The notes under the pieces were generated by a model that was not told where the DNA came from, did no database searches, and saw only the letters and a program-made list of their open reading frames with translations. The position numbers were made by a program, and so were the translations under genes. A stretch of 64,000 nt of DNA. Source: Escherichia phage LQ5. The DNA lies in sequence record OR677401. One strand, written 5' to 3'. Each line of letters starts with the position of its first letter. Within the stretch, counting starts at the first letter, position 1. Shown here piece by piece: positions 17,624 to 26,762 of the stretch.

Positions 17624-18634
17624 ATGACTCGTACTGAATACATCAATGCCTTTACTACGTATATCACTACCAACACCCCTCCGTTAACCCCATACGAGGT
17701 AATAGTTTCTAATATCAATAAATGGGTCGACCAAATTGATGATGCATTATCGCGCTGTTTCAAAGCTGAAATCGAAAAGATTGCAGGCCGTTTGTGCATT
17801 CATGATATCATTAAAACATTTAAAGGTTCTCGACTGCTTTCGCGCCTGGTCAATAAGGACATCCTTTCTGAGTTCGGTAAAGAGAAATACCCAGGTTCCA
17901 ACCGTGTTGTTAACTACAAATGGTTTGGTGATACCATAAAAGGTTATATCAAAATTAAAGGTATGGACCCTAATAGTTTATTTCCGCAACGTTGGGTTAG
18001 CGAATTCAAGGCTAACTCTGCATTAATTCTCAAAGCGGCCTCTAAAACTATAGTTTCCGGTGATTGTCGTACTATTCACCCGATGGCTAATTGCATGATT
18101 AAAACAAATAGTTATAAAGGAAAAGCTATTATTTCTGTTATTTGGTCACCTAATAGGAAACCTAAAGATGATGCGGAAGTTGTAAAGTATCAAGATATTG
18201 CTTACGATACCTTGAATACTATCGAACAAGCTTTAGCTCTGATGGATACCGTAGAGAAATATGAGACCCAAGAAGTTAAACACCACTTAGGCTGGAAAGG
18301 ATATGAAGTCTTAGTAACAGTCCGTGAAATCAAATGTACCGTTCCAAAAACTGATGCTGAAATTTACCAAGAAAAATGTGAGGAAATTGTGAACACTGAT
18401 AAAGAGCCTGCTACATTAGAAGATTTGATTAACGACTTGAACAGCCCTATCATGGCCCCTACACCAATTACTAAATCCAAGTTACCAGAAGTCGTTGCCT
18501 TGGAAAAAGCGTATAAAGACGCCCTTGCTATCAACAAAAAACTGACTGGCCAATATACCGCCGCCAAGAAACTTTGGGAAGAGTCTACCAATCGTTTAGA
18601 CCGTCTTGAACAGGCTCTGGAGCTGCTGAAATGA
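17624..18634 (+). CDS. hypothetical protein
   Basis: ORF 336 aa; GAGGAGAA before ATG. Confidence 0.7.
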   Translation: MTRTEYINAFTTYITTNTPPLTPYEVIVSNINKWVDQIDDALSRCFKAEIEKIAGRLCIHDIIKTFKGSRLLSRLVNKDILSEFGKEKYPGSNRVVNYKWFGDTIKGYIKIKGMDPNSLFPQRWVSEFKANSALILKAASKTIVSGDCRTIHPMANCMIKTNSYKGKAIISVIWSPNRKPKDDAEVVKYQDIAYDTLNTIEQALALMDTVEKYETQEVKHHLGWKGYEVLVTVREIKCTVPKTDAEIYQEKCEEIVNTDKEPATLEDLINDLNSPIMAPTPITKSKLPEVVALEKAYKDALAINKKLTGQYTAAKKLWEESTNRLDRLEQALELLK

Positions 18635-18852
18635 AATACCAATTAGCTGAAGATATTGACCAAACTATTCCTGATTGGAATGCCATTATTAAAATTGTCG
18701 AACGTCGTGAAAAAGCTTCTAAGAACGTTCCGAACTGTCCGGAATGTGGAACTGAACAGGTTCAATTGGTCCATTGGCAGACTAGTAATCTTCGTTACAA
18801 ATGCCGCCATTGTAAACATAAATTTGAGCGAGAAGAAAATGGCAAAGCGTAA
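18631..18852 (+). CDS. zinc-ribbon protein
   Basis: CPECG ... CRHCKH. Confidence 0.55.
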   Translation: MKYQLAEDIDQTIPDWNAIIKIVERREKASKNVPNCPECGTEQVQLVHWQTSNLRYKCRHCKHKFEREENGKA

Positions 18853-19075
18853 AGAATATGTAGAGGCTGCCGATAAGGCAGTCCGCGAACTTACTCTAGC
18901 TTATTATAAAGAGCACGGTAAATTTCCGGACAGTTATTCAGTATTGAAATCTGCTTTAACTCGCTCGTATAATAATATACTATCTGATGTGTATAATTTA
19001 AAATATGAGCACATGGAAAAATACGGAACAGAACTCGACCGTTCTGAAGCATTCAAACAAATATTAGGAATTTAA
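18839..19075 (+). CDS. hypothetical protein
   Basis: ATG 18839, out of frame with and overlapping previous ORF by 14 nt. Confidence 0.5.
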   Translation: MAKRKEYVEAADKAVRELTLAYYKEHGKFPDSYSVLKSALTRSYNNILSDVYNLKYEHMEKYGTELDRSEAFKQILGI

Positions 19076-19076
19076 A

Positions 19077-19340
19077 ATGTTTAAAGTTTATGGTTATGAT
19101 TCAAATATTCACCGTTGTGTTTTCTGTGATAATGCCAAACGACTGCTTGAGGTTAAGAAACAACCTTACGAATTCATTAACGTGATGCCTGAAAAAGGTG
19201 TGTTTGATGATGAGAAGATTGCCGAACTCCTGGCTGCTCTTGGACGCGAATCTCAGGTAGGTTTGACTATGCCTCAGGTATTTGCTCCGGACGGAACTTC
19301 TATTGGTGGCTTTGACCAACTGCGAGCTTATTTCAAATGA
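19077..19340 (+). CDS. nrdC: thioredoxin/glutaredoxin NrdC
   Basis: 87 aa, CVFCDNAK active site; collinear with T4 NrdC as recalled. Confidence 0.9.
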   Translation: MFKVYGYDSNIHRCVFCDNAKRLLEVKKQPYEFINVMPEKGVFDDEKIAELLAALGRESQVGLTMPQVFAPDGTSIGGFDQLRAYFK

Positions 19341-19498
19341 TTGAATTAATGTTGGTTGTTTTGTATCTTATCATCGGTATTGGTTATGCTAAGACCCTAG
19401 CTAAATTAGATGATTCAGGTGACTTTTGTTCATGGCTGACGTCTATGATTTGTTGGCCTTTATTTCTGGTTGGTGCTTCATTCTGGAACTTCAAATGA
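19337..19498 (+). CDS. small hydrophobic protein (53 aa)
   Basis: ATGA-coupled to nrdC; below the 60-aa ORF-track cut-off. Confidence 0.45.
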   Translation: MIELMLVVLYLIIGIGYAKTLAKLDDSGDFCSWLTSMICWPLFLVGASFWNFK

Positions 19499-19683
19499 CT
19501 GAATTTGATACAGCTTATGGAACCTGCGCAAGAGAGTTTACAAGTGAGTTTGATACTCCTGCGCCTAGTAAAGAAACCGTATTGGCAAATCTCCCGGATT
19601 GGTTAAAAGAAGAAGCCAACGAATGGGGCTGGACTGATACTTGTGTACGTGACCAGCTATTTGAATTTATGGTGGAATTATGA
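19495..19683 (+). CDS. hypothetical acidic protein
   Basis: ATGA coupling. Confidence 0.5.
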   Translation: MTEFDTAYGTCAREFTSEFDTPAPSKETVLANLPDWLKEEANEWGWTDTCVRDQLFEFMVEL

Positions 19684-19988
19684 TTGAATTAAACGAACAA
19701 ACCATTTTTCTAGGTGATGGTACCGAAGATGACCTAGAGTATAAACTATACGAATATATGGTTTGGCTGGCTAAAGCAGAAGGTGTAGACTTTGCTGTAG
19801 CTCATCCATATGGCGAGAACACCGTTGTAATCGGTGGCACTGCTTATGAAGTCCAATGGCAATACGTTGGCCTTGAATCTGAAGAATTTGAAGAAGATGA
19901 ACACGGTGATTGGCATCCAGTCGGTCCTTGGTACTGGGAACACGGTGAACCTGATTTTGAAGTAAGTAGTTGGTGGTGTGACAGTTAA
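19680..19988 (+). CDS. hypothetical acidic protein
   Basis: ORF 102 aa. Confidence 0.55.
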   Translation: MIELNEQTIFLGDGTEDDLEYKLYEYMVWLAKAEGVDFAVAHPYGENTVVIGGTAYEVQWQYVGLESEEFEEDEHGDWHPVGPWYWEHGEPDFEVSSWWCDS

Positions 19989-20034
19989 GCCATGGTATGT
20001 CGCTCGGTGGAAAACTACCGAGCCAGAGGAACCT

Positions 20035-20064
20035 GTTTACAACGATTCCGAAATAGAGTATAAT
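20035..20064 (+). promoter_or_regulatory. sigma70-like early promoter
   Basis: GTTTAC, 18-nt spacer, TATAAT. Confidence 0.55.
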
Positions 20065-20110
20065 GAACCTTCAAACAATGATTTAATTGATATGGAATAT
20101 GGGTTTTACT

Positions 20111-20296
20111 ATGAAAACTGAACTGATTTATACTGAAAAGTTAAATGGCGGTAAAGTCTGGAAACTTCTTATTAAAGGAAGTCCTACTGATCAGTTTATG
20201 GCCACTTGTGTAGGGTTATACACCCGTCCTACTAAAAAGATGATTCGTCAATTTAAACGGTTGCATCGCTCGTTTTATAGTACATTTGAAAAATAA
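20111..20296 (+). CDS. hypothetical basic protein
   Basis: ATG 20111. Confidence 0.5.
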   Translation: MKTELIYTEKLNGGKVWKLLIKGSPTDQFMATCVGLYTRPTKKMIRQFKRLHRSFYSTFEK

Positions 20297-20333
20297 TAAA
20301 TACCCTTATCTAATAATGGTAAGGGTATAGGTC

Positions 20334-21407
20334 ATGCAAGATTTCGGGCATTGGGCGGTATTTGAAGAAGTTGATATTAAAAATTATATTGGATTTGTGT
20401 ATGTAATCACTTTTGAAGATGGCAAAAAATATGTCGGTGCTAAAAAGATTTGGAAACGAATCAAAGCTGCACCTTGCACATTTAAACGTGGTCCTAAAAA
20501 AGGGTTTGAGGAATCTGATTGGAAAACCTATACCTCATCATCCAATGAATTGAACGCAATGATAGAAAAGGGTATAAGTCCAAAAGAATATCTTATTGTA
20601 GGATGGTACCCTACTTGGGGTAAAACTCTTATGGCAGAAATGGAAATGCAATTAGCCAATGATGTTTTACGAGACCCTATGTGGCTCAATAAACAAATTG
20701 GCGGGCATTTCAACCCTAACTGCTTTGACGATTTAACAGAGGATGATATTGCAAGATGGATGGAATTTGATAAAGGGAATGAGCATGTTTCTTGGCCTAT
20801 GATGTATAAAATTGGCCAGAAAACCAAGTACGTTAAACCTGATGAAGTTAGTGAGTATATTAAATCTGGATGGCAATTTGGTCGTTCTAAAATGGAAAAA
20901 CATTCTGTTACCTATAATTGCTCTAAATTTACTATATGGGACTATGAAGAAAACAAGCCGGTGGAAGTAATAAATCAAAACGAATTCGCTCGTAATAATG
21001 ATTTAAGTAGCAACCATTTAACAAGGCTTCTTCAAGGAACCCTCGACCTAATTAAAGACCGATGGGGCCTTCCACCAGATATTGCTCGTCAGCGTTATAA
21101 ATTTCAGGACGTTTCTTCAGGAACAAAATTTTTATCCAATTCCGAGTTAGAAGAATTTTACGGTATGACTCGCGGTCAGGCTAACAAAGCTATTAAAGAT
21201 GGAAGAGCTGTTAAATTAGTAGTCGAAAGCAAAGAAGACCATATTAAAAAACTTGGCTCTATCGAATTGGTAAAAACCGAAAAGACAAAAGTTACGTCTC
21301 AAGTAATGCTTAACAGTTTTAAAGATATAGTTAATCCTATGACTACTGCCGAAAAATCAGAAATGATTGAATGGTTGGAAAGTTATATAACTTATTTGAA
21401 ATCTTAA
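20334..21407 (+). CDS. GIY-YIG-like homing endonuclease (seg-type)
   Basis: N-terminal YIGFVYVITFEDGKKYVGAKK fits the GIY...YIG pattern; AT-rich gene. Confidence 0.5.
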   Translation: MQDFGHWAVFEEVDIKNYIGFVYVITFEDGKKYVGAKKIWKRIKAAPCTFKRGPKKGFEESDWKTYTSSSNELNAMIEKGISPKEYLIVGWYPTWGKTLMAEMEMQLANDVLRDPMWLNKQIGGHFNPNCFDDLTEDDIARWMEFDKGNEHVSWPMMYKIGQKTKYVKPDEVSEYIKSGWQFGRSKMEKHSVTYNCSKFTIWDYEENKPVEVINQNEFARNNDLSSNHLTRLLQGTLDLIKDRWGLPPDIARQRYKFQDVSSGTKFLSNSELEEFYGMTRGQANKAIKDGRAVKLVVESKEDHIKKLGSIELVKTEKTKVTSQVMLNSFKDIVNPMTTAEKSEMIEWLESYITYLKS

Positions 21408-21423
21408 TGAGGAAATCGCTTAA

Positions 21424-21549
21424 ATGATTAATTTTTATGGCTATACATTTTATGCTTTAGCCGAATCTCTGAACGATGCGGTTCGTATTATGGGTGTTGA
21501 GTATCCTGCTCAATGGTTATTTGTTGTAACTAACATGTGGGTTCTTTAA
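21424..21549 (+). CDS. micro-ORF (41 aa)
   Basis: ATG after GAGGAAA; coupled to next gene by TAATG. Confidence 0.3.
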   Translation: MINFYGYTFYALAESLNDAVRIMGVEYPAQWLFVVTNMWVL

Positions 21550-21764
21550 TGAACAAATTTCGTAATGCTGTTTCTGATATCCTGGCCAATATTACATTAG
21601 TTCTGTTTATCGTATGCCTTTTAATCCTGGCTATTCCGTTTGGATTGCTGTTCATGATTATTGGTGCTCTGAGTACTGAAAAAGGTCTTGAAGGGTCTGA
21701 GTTCGAAAAACGAATCCAGGCTGTTCATAGTGTTATTGCAAAAATGATGAAGGTGAAAGAATGA
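21549..21764 (+). CDS. small membrane protein
   Basis: long hydrophobic stretch ITLVLFIVCLLILAIPFGLLFMIIGAL. Confidence 0.55.
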   Translation: MNKFRNAVSDILANITLVLFIVCLLILAIPFGLLFMIIGALSTEKGLEGSEFEKRIQAVHSVIAKMMKVKE

Positions 21765-22072
21765 AACGTTTTGAAGAATATGTAGCTTTGAATTGGACCG
21801 CTTGGGACAAGTTTGGTGATGATTGGTACTTCCATGACTGTGACCTGAACCCGGAATTCTTTAAAGGTAAGGAAGAAGACCTCAAGGACATCTACGCTTT
21901 ATCAGAGATTCATGGTATTAAACCTACTGTCTATTTCTCTTTTGATGATACCGGGTTCCTTGTACAGATTTATGTTCCTTATGAAACTGTTGATGACGAA
22001 GCTGTTTGTGAAGAAGTTCTAAAAACCTGGGACTACCAAGGAGTTATTTCCTGTGGACCAAAAGTTAACTAA
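21761..22072 (+). CDS. hypothetical protein
   Basis: ORF 103 aa. Confidence 0.55.
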   Translation: MKRFEEYVALNWTAWDKFGDDWYFHDCDLNPEFFKGKEEDLKDIYALSEIHGIKPTVYFSFDDTGFLVQIYVPYETVDDEAVCEEVLKTWDYQGVISCGPKVN

Positions 22073-22370
22073 AATTGAGATTTACGGTATCCCTGAGACA
22101 GTCATGCGCTGTCCAGGGTGCATTGCTGTTCTATCGCTCCTAAATTCCCTTTCTATCCCATATACTTTCTATCCTGTGATTAACCAGACGCCGTCAGGCG
22201 CAGTATATGACAAGCCTCTTATAGTATCATTGGCCAAACGTGCAGGCTTCAAGAGCTTAGCGATACGCTATCCTGTCATATTTGTCGATAATAAGAAAAT
22301 AGAAAATATTCCTGCCTTCAAATCGCTTTTGATTGAACTTGGTTATGACCGAGATTTAATTGAAGATTAG
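22053..22370 (+). CDS. CxxC thioredoxin-fold-like protein (possible NrdH-type redoxin)
   Basis: KIEIYGIPETVMRCPGC motif. Confidence 0.4.
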   Translation: MDQKLTKIEIYGIPETVMRCPGCIAVLSLLNSLSIPYTFYPVINQTPSGAVYDKPLIVSLAKRAGFKSLAIRYPVIFVDNKKIENIPAFKSLLIELGYDRDLIED

Positions 22371-22371
22371 T

Positions 22372-22400
22372 GTTTACTTCCTCTCCTCACGTGTTATAGT
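22372..22400 (+). promoter_or_regulatory. T4-type early promoter with SD-sequestering inverted repeat
   Basis: arms tcctcacgtgtt (22384-22395) and aacacatgagga (22411-22422). Confidence 0.6.
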
Positions 22401-22429
22401 CTATCCTATCAACACATGAGGAGAACATT

Positions 22430-22612
22430 ATGACTATCCAAGATAAAGAAATTAAAGCCGACCAGTATTATTTGGTAAATGGGCGTGCGGTTCGTGTAAT
22501 TGCTGCTAGCGATTCAGACGTATGGTACCGTGTACTAGACCATAGAAATATTCCATTGATGGTATGTGACCGTAGTTTGTTTTGTTCGATAGCTAAGGAA
22601 ATTAAATTATGA
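22430..22612 (+). CDS. hypothetical protein
   Basis: GAGGAGAA before ATG. Confidence 0.55.
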   Translation: MTIQDKEIKADQYYLVNGRAVRVIAASDSDVWYRVLDHRNIPLMVCDRSLFCSIAKEIKL

Positions 22613-22863
22613 GCCTGAAATTACACTCAATGAAAAATATCATTACCCTTAATCTGGATGATGAGCGCCTGATTTTTCTCACCGTCACTGATAAGAATAT
22701 TGAAATTGCAAATGGTCCTAAGACTTATTGTTGCCCAGTGAAGAATTGGAAACATGTAACCTTTTTGACCCTGTGCGACCGTCTGAAAGATATTAAGTTA
22801 GATTTGGATGTCAAAGATGTCCAATACATTAAAAATCTTATTGGATACAAACTGCTGAGGTAA
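22609..22863 (+). CDS. hypothetical protein
   Basis: ATGA coupling. Confidence 0.55.
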   Translation: MSLKLHSMKNIITLNLDDERLIFLTVTDKNIEIANGPKTYCCPVKNWKHVTFLTLCDRLKDIKLDLDVKDVQYIKNLIGYKLLR

Positions 22864-22865
22864 CT

Positions 22866-23159
22866 ATGGGTAAAACTATTCGTCGTAAAGAATTGTCTGT
22901 AAAAGATTTTTATTATTCCGGACGTCGTAAAGCACCGGACGGCGTAAGTCAGGAACTGGTTGAAGAAAATATCTTCCGTTCTGACAAGTGGAAACGTATG
23001 CGCGGTGTTGATTCTGAAGTTAAGAACGAAATGAACCGCCAGCTTCGTAAAGAAGTGAGAAAGCTGAAAAAAGATGTTTACAATGACGATGAACCTGATT
23101 ACAATACTTCTCATCGAGTTGCAAAACGTAAATCAAACGAGTGTTATCGTTACAGCTGA
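22866..23159 (+). CDS. hypothetical basic protein
   Basis: ORF 97 aa, Lys/Arg rich. Confidence 0.55.
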   Translation: MGKTIRRKELSVKDFYYSGRRKAPDGVSQELVEENIFRSDKWKRMRGVDSEVKNEMNRQLRKEVRKLKKDVYNDDEPDYNTSHRVAKRKSNECYRYS

Positions 23160-23166
23160 GGAAAAT

Positions 23167-23379
23167 ATGAATCCACAATCTTTATTGTCACAACGTATTG
23201 CTGAAGAACGTCGTCAATTCTTTGAAAATATGAGAGCCCAAGGTATTGATGACGAACGTTTTCTAATTTGGTTTTGGGACCACAAGCACTCAAGCTGCTC
23301 CGGTGCTTTGTTACTTTCCGCTGGAATGATGTACGAAGGCTGGAAAGGTGCATTAAAATATAAATTGAAACAGCAATAA
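23167..23379 (+). CDS. hypothetical protein
   Basis: GAGGAAAA before ATG 23167. Confidence 0.5.
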   Translation: MNPQSLLSQRIAEERRQFFENMRAQGIDDERFLIWFWDHKHSSCSGALLLSAGMMYEGWKGALKYKLKQQ

Positions 23380-23408
23380 TTTACAAACTCTTGGGACCAG
23401 AGTATAAT
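23380..23408 (+). promoter_or_regulatory. sigma70-like promoter with -10 inside a palindrome
   Basis: TTTACA, 17-nt spacer, TATAAT; inverted repeat tgggacca (23392-23399) / tggtccca (23408-23415). Confidence 0.5.
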
Positions 23409-23447
23409 GGTCCCACGGATTATAAATTTTTAACTGAGGAAATTATT

Positions 23448-23777
23448 ATGTCACAAGCTATTAAAAACGTACTGAACTCTTTCGCTTTCGATAAAGTAAA
23501 CGAACTGATGAATACCGGTTTTGTGACTCCTGAAATTCTTGACCAATGGGTTGCTGAACTGCTGCCAATCATGCACTCTAAAGACCAGAAAATTGGTAAG
23601 AACGGTATTCGTGAAATCCTGGTTCAATATATCCTTGATGAATTCGATGTCGCTGCCTTTGGTGTAGAATCTAAAGCTTGGGCCCCTGGTGAAATCACGG
23701 ATAAAACCATCCGTCGTATGAAAAACCAACGTAAGAAAAAATTCGTTGACCTGAAAATTGTTAAGGCAGCGAAATGA
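23448..23777 (+). CDS. hypothetical protein
   Basis: leader tgaggaaattattatg identical to the 15635 gene leader. Confidence 0.6.
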   Translation: MSQAIKNVLNSFAFDKVNELMNTGFVTPEILDQWVAELLPIMHSKDQKIGKNGIREILVQYILDEFDVAAFGVESKAWAPGEITDKTIRRMKNQRKKKFVDLKIVKAAK

Positions 23778-24040
23778 TTAAAATAAAACTCTCTAATTAC
23801 GATAAAAACTTGGAAATGATTGCTATGAAAGAAGAACTCTTGAATGATGTCCACTTTACAGGTTATGCAGTTCAATTTAATGGTGATGGGACTCTCCAGA
23901 TTGAGGGTGACCACTTTATCATCGAATACGAATTTAAACAGTATTGGCTGTATGCAAAAGATGAGGTTGGCGGTGTTGATTACGTCGACGAGTTCGATAA
24001 CCTAGATGATGCCTTGGAAGGAGCTCGATTCCTACAATGA
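23774..24040 (+). CDS. hypothetical protein
   Basis: ATGA coupling. Confidence 0.55.
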   Translation: MIKIKLSNYDKNLEMIAMKEELLNDVHFTGYAVQFNGDGTLQIEGDHFIIEYEFKQYWLYAKDEVGGVDYVDEFDNLDDALEGARFLQ

Positions 24041-24300
24041 AACCCATATCCACCACCCTCGCCTACGAAGGTCTCGGATTTTTCTTAATAGATAACTGTA
24101 TGGATGTTGAGTTTGTTTGTGGTGAGACTTCTTTAGTATGGAAGTCTCATATTTCCAAATACAACCATCGTGAATATCCAAGTCTTTTTAAAGAATTTTG
24201 TGGATATATGTCTGAACATGGATGTACTGATACAATTTCTTATTCCGAGTTCACACAAATCCTTGAAACCGTATTTCAGGCTTATTGCTTACTCCGTTGA
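24037..24300 (+). CDS. hypothetical protein
   Basis: ATGA coupling. Confidence 0.55.
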   Translation: MKPISTTLAYEGLGFFLIDNCMDVEFVCGETSLVWKSHISKYNHREYPSLFKEFCGYMSEHGCTDTISYSEFTQILETVFQAYCLLR

Positions 24301-24335
24301 TGCTTTAAAAGGGTCTTCAAATACTATGATATAAT
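24301..24335 (+). promoter_or_regulatory. possible MotA-dependent middle promoter (TGCTTTA box plus -10)
   Basis: TGCTTTA at 24301-24307, TACTAT/TATAAT downstream; upstream of gene 55. Confidence 0.3.
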
Positions 24336-24366
24336 AGACCTATGATTTGAGTTATCTGAGGTAACA

Positions 24367-24924
24367 ATGACCGAAATTAAACTGACTAAAAATAACTATG
24401 TAAATAATAAGGAGCTTCTGAAAGCTATCACCCAATGGAAAACAGAACTCAGAGAAAATACCGATCCTAATAAAATAGTTCGCCAGAACGACGTTATCGG
24501 CTTGGCTATTATGCTCATTGCTGAAGGACTAAGTAAACGTTTCAACTTCTCAGGATATACCCAATCTTGGAAGCAAGAAATGATTGCTGATGGAATCGAA
24601 GCTTCGATTAAAGGTCTTCACAACTTCGACGAAACAAAATACGACAACCCACATGCATATATCACTATGGCTTGTTTTAATGCCTTCGTTCAGCGTATCA
24701 AAAAAGAACGTAAAGAAATGGCAAAGAAATATAGCTACTTCGTCCATAATGTCTATGACAGTAATGATGACGACATGGTAGGTATTGCAGATGAAACCTT
24801 TATCCAAGATATCTACGACAAAATGACTCAGTATGAAACCTCTTTAACTAAAGCACCAGGGTCTGATAAGAGTGCCGAACCTAAAGTTGGTGAATTGGAT
24901 TTTTTATATGGAACATCAGATTAA
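24367..24924 (+). CDS. 55: late-transcription sigma factor gp55
   Basis: 185 aa, long collinear match to T4 gp55 as recalled ([55 protein letters not shown]). Confidence 0.95.
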   Translation: MTEIKLTKNNYVNNKELLKAITQWKTELRENTDPNKIVRQNDVIGLAIMLIAEGLSKRFNFSGYTQSWKQEMIADGIEASIKGLHNFDETKYDNPHAYITMACFNAFVQRIKKERKEMAKKYSYFVHNVYDSNDDDMVGIADETFIQDIYDKMTQYETSLTKAPGSDKSAEPKVGELDFLYGTSD

Positions 24925-25138
24925 TATCACTCCACTTTTAGATGGAATGGAAGACTTCGAAGCACTCCCTTATTTTATTAAATTGATATTACGGGATGTT
25001 AAAGGCCTTCCTATTGATATTGACCCACTTAACGTCAGGAATATTGAATTCACTTCTCCTGATAATAACGTAGATTATCGTTATCATGTTGAGAACGCTA
25101 ATTTCTACTTCACTATTGAATTGACTCCAAAGGATTAA
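24908..25138 (+). CDS. hypothetical protein
   Basis: ATG 24908 overlapping gene 55 end. Confidence 0.5.
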   Translation: MEHQINITPLLDGMEDFEALPYFIKLILRDVKGLPIDIDPLNVRNIEFTSPDNNVDYRYHVENANFYFTIELTPKD

Positions 25139-25139
25139 T

Positions 25140-25451
25140 ATGCAAAGCCATGACATTTCTCAATTGACCGATGAGCAAATTGAAGAAGCCCAGCAACGTT
25201 TAGAAGAGCACAATATTAAAGAAGCTAATTCTCAAGCGGCTAAGATTCTTAAGAAGAATGCTCGTGAAATCCGTCGTTTAAATCTCCATGCCCAAGGCGC
25301 TGTACTTGAAAACAACTTTGAAGCATATAAGTACGCTTTAATTAAATTACGCGGTATTTACCGTCAACCTGTTACTGATGAACTTGTTCAATTGATGTGG
25401 GAATCTACCCGCAAACAAATTTGGGAAATCGTCAATGGCCCTAGTAAATAA
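25140..25451 (+). CDS. hypothetical protein
   Basis: ORF 103 aa. Confidence 0.55.
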   Translation: MQSHDISQLTDEQIEEAQQRLEEHNIKEANSQAAKILKKNAREIRRLNLHAQGAVLENNFEAYKYALIKLRGIYRQPVTDELVQLMWESTRKQIWEIVNGPSK

Positions 25452-25635
25452 ACCCTTTAAACGGCTTCTTATTGGGGCCGCCTTTAGACTTCGCTCATAC
25501 AGTAATATCTGTATTAAGCAGTCCGAAACCGAATATAAAATGGTCGGCCAGTATTCCGATGGAATTTTTCGGATTGAGCCTGTAGCCAAGGTTTGGGTAG
25601 ATTCTCATCAACTTAAGAAATGGTGGCAACGATGA
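25435..25635 (+). CDS. hypothetical basic protein
   Basis: ORF 66 aa overlapping previous end. Confidence 0.35.
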   Translation: MALVNKPFKRLLIGAAFRLRSYSNICIKQSETEYKMVGQYSDGIFRIEPVAKVWVDSHQLKKWWQR

Positions 25636-25693
25636 TAACGTGGACAGGTGGCTAATGAAAGACGAATACGAAAAAGTTTAAGAGGTTGTATGA

Positions 25694-25867
25694 ATGACGA
25701 ATTCGATGGATTTTGATAAGATTAAATCTGACAAAAACGAGATGATACTTCAATTTGAAGCCGCTCGTATTAAAGCAGAAAATGAAGGTACTATTACCTA
25801 TAAGCCTATCAAGTTCAGGTCTAATCACGAACCTCTGTACGGTGTATTAGTTGGTAAAGGAGCTTAG
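25694..25867 (+). CDS. hypothetical small protein (57 aa)
   Basis: ends in terminator stem. Confidence 0.4.
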   Translation: MTNSMDFDKIKSDKNEMILQFEAARIKAENEGTITYKPIKFRSNHEPLYGVLVGKGA

Positions 25868-25878
25868 GCTCCTTTTTT
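25857..25878 (+). terminator. rho-independent terminator
   Basis: ggagc-ttag-gctcc then T6. Confidence 0.8.
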
Positions 25879-25907
25879 GCTTTCTAAACGGATGATAAAA
25901 TAAATCT

Positions 25908-26762
25908 ATGAAATACATTACATACCTGACAATATATTCCGGGACTAAGCTTCCACCGTTTTATATAGGGTCCACTACTTTAGAGAAGCATTTAAAAGGA
26001 TACCATGGGAGCGTCCTTTCTAAAGCATATAAAGAAATCTATAACAAGGAGCTTTTAGAGCATCCTGAATTATTTGACTCATGTATTGTAAGTGAACACC
26101 CTACAAGAGAAGAGGCTTTAGAAGCTGAAAGAATGTACCAGTTAAGAACCGATGCGGCCCAAAATCCTCTATTCTTTAATATGGCTGTCGCAGCTCCTAA
26201 AGGATTCTTTGGGCTTTCGCTACCTAAAGAGCAACACCCTCTTTACGGCTCTCATAATGCTAAAGGATATATTCATTCCTATAATCCTGTTACATTAGAA
26301 CAAACCTTTGCACCTACAGTCCCCGAAGGATACGTAGAAGGTCGTTCTCCTAATTATAAAGCGTCTAGTCATAATAAGGGTAAGAAGTGGTATAACAATG
26401 GCGTTGATAAAGGATTATTTGTAGAAGGAAAACAACCTGAATCTTGGGTCCTTGGCAGTTTTCTAACCGATGAACATAAGAAAAACTTGAAAAAGACCGA
26501 TGGGATATATGACCCTGATATTCAAAAAGAATTAAAAGAGCTTTGGATTTCTACTGGATTTTTGCCACCGTATAAATTTAGAGAAATAGCTTTAGCTAAA
26601 GGTTTTATGGATGGTAATTATCACAATTTGGTTTATAAAATTTTTAAGCCTACAGTTACAATTACTAGACCTAAGAAAATCTGGGCTAATGACGGCATAA
26701 AAAGCTTTATGATTTCTGAGATAGAATTTAATAGTGAAATACATTATAAAGGTAGATTATGA
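25908..26762 (+). CDS. GIY-YIG-like putative homing endonuclease
   Basis: YITYLTIYSGTKLPPFYIGST N-terminus; AT-rich; sits where T4 carries alpha-glucosyltransferase. Confidence 0.4.
   Translation: MKYITYLTIYSGTKLPPFYIGSTTLEKHLKGYHGSVLSKAYKEIYNKELLEHPELFDSCIVSEHPTREEALEAERMYQLRTDAAQNPLFFNMAVAAPKGFFGLSLPKEQHPLYGSHNAKGYIHSYNPVTLEQTFAPTVPEGYVEGRSPNYKASSHNKGKKWYNNGVDKGLFVEGKQPESWVLGSFLTDEHKKNLKKTDGIYDPDIQKELKELWISTGFLPPYKFREIALAKGFMDGNYHNLVYKIFKPTVTITRPKKIWANDGIKSFMISEIEFNSEIHYKGRL

Noticed and set aside
20297-20333. Hairpin tacccttat...ataagggta upstream of the GIY-YIG gene as a terminator
   Set aside because: No U-tract follows the stem; more likely a translational or processing hairpin than a rho-independent terminator.
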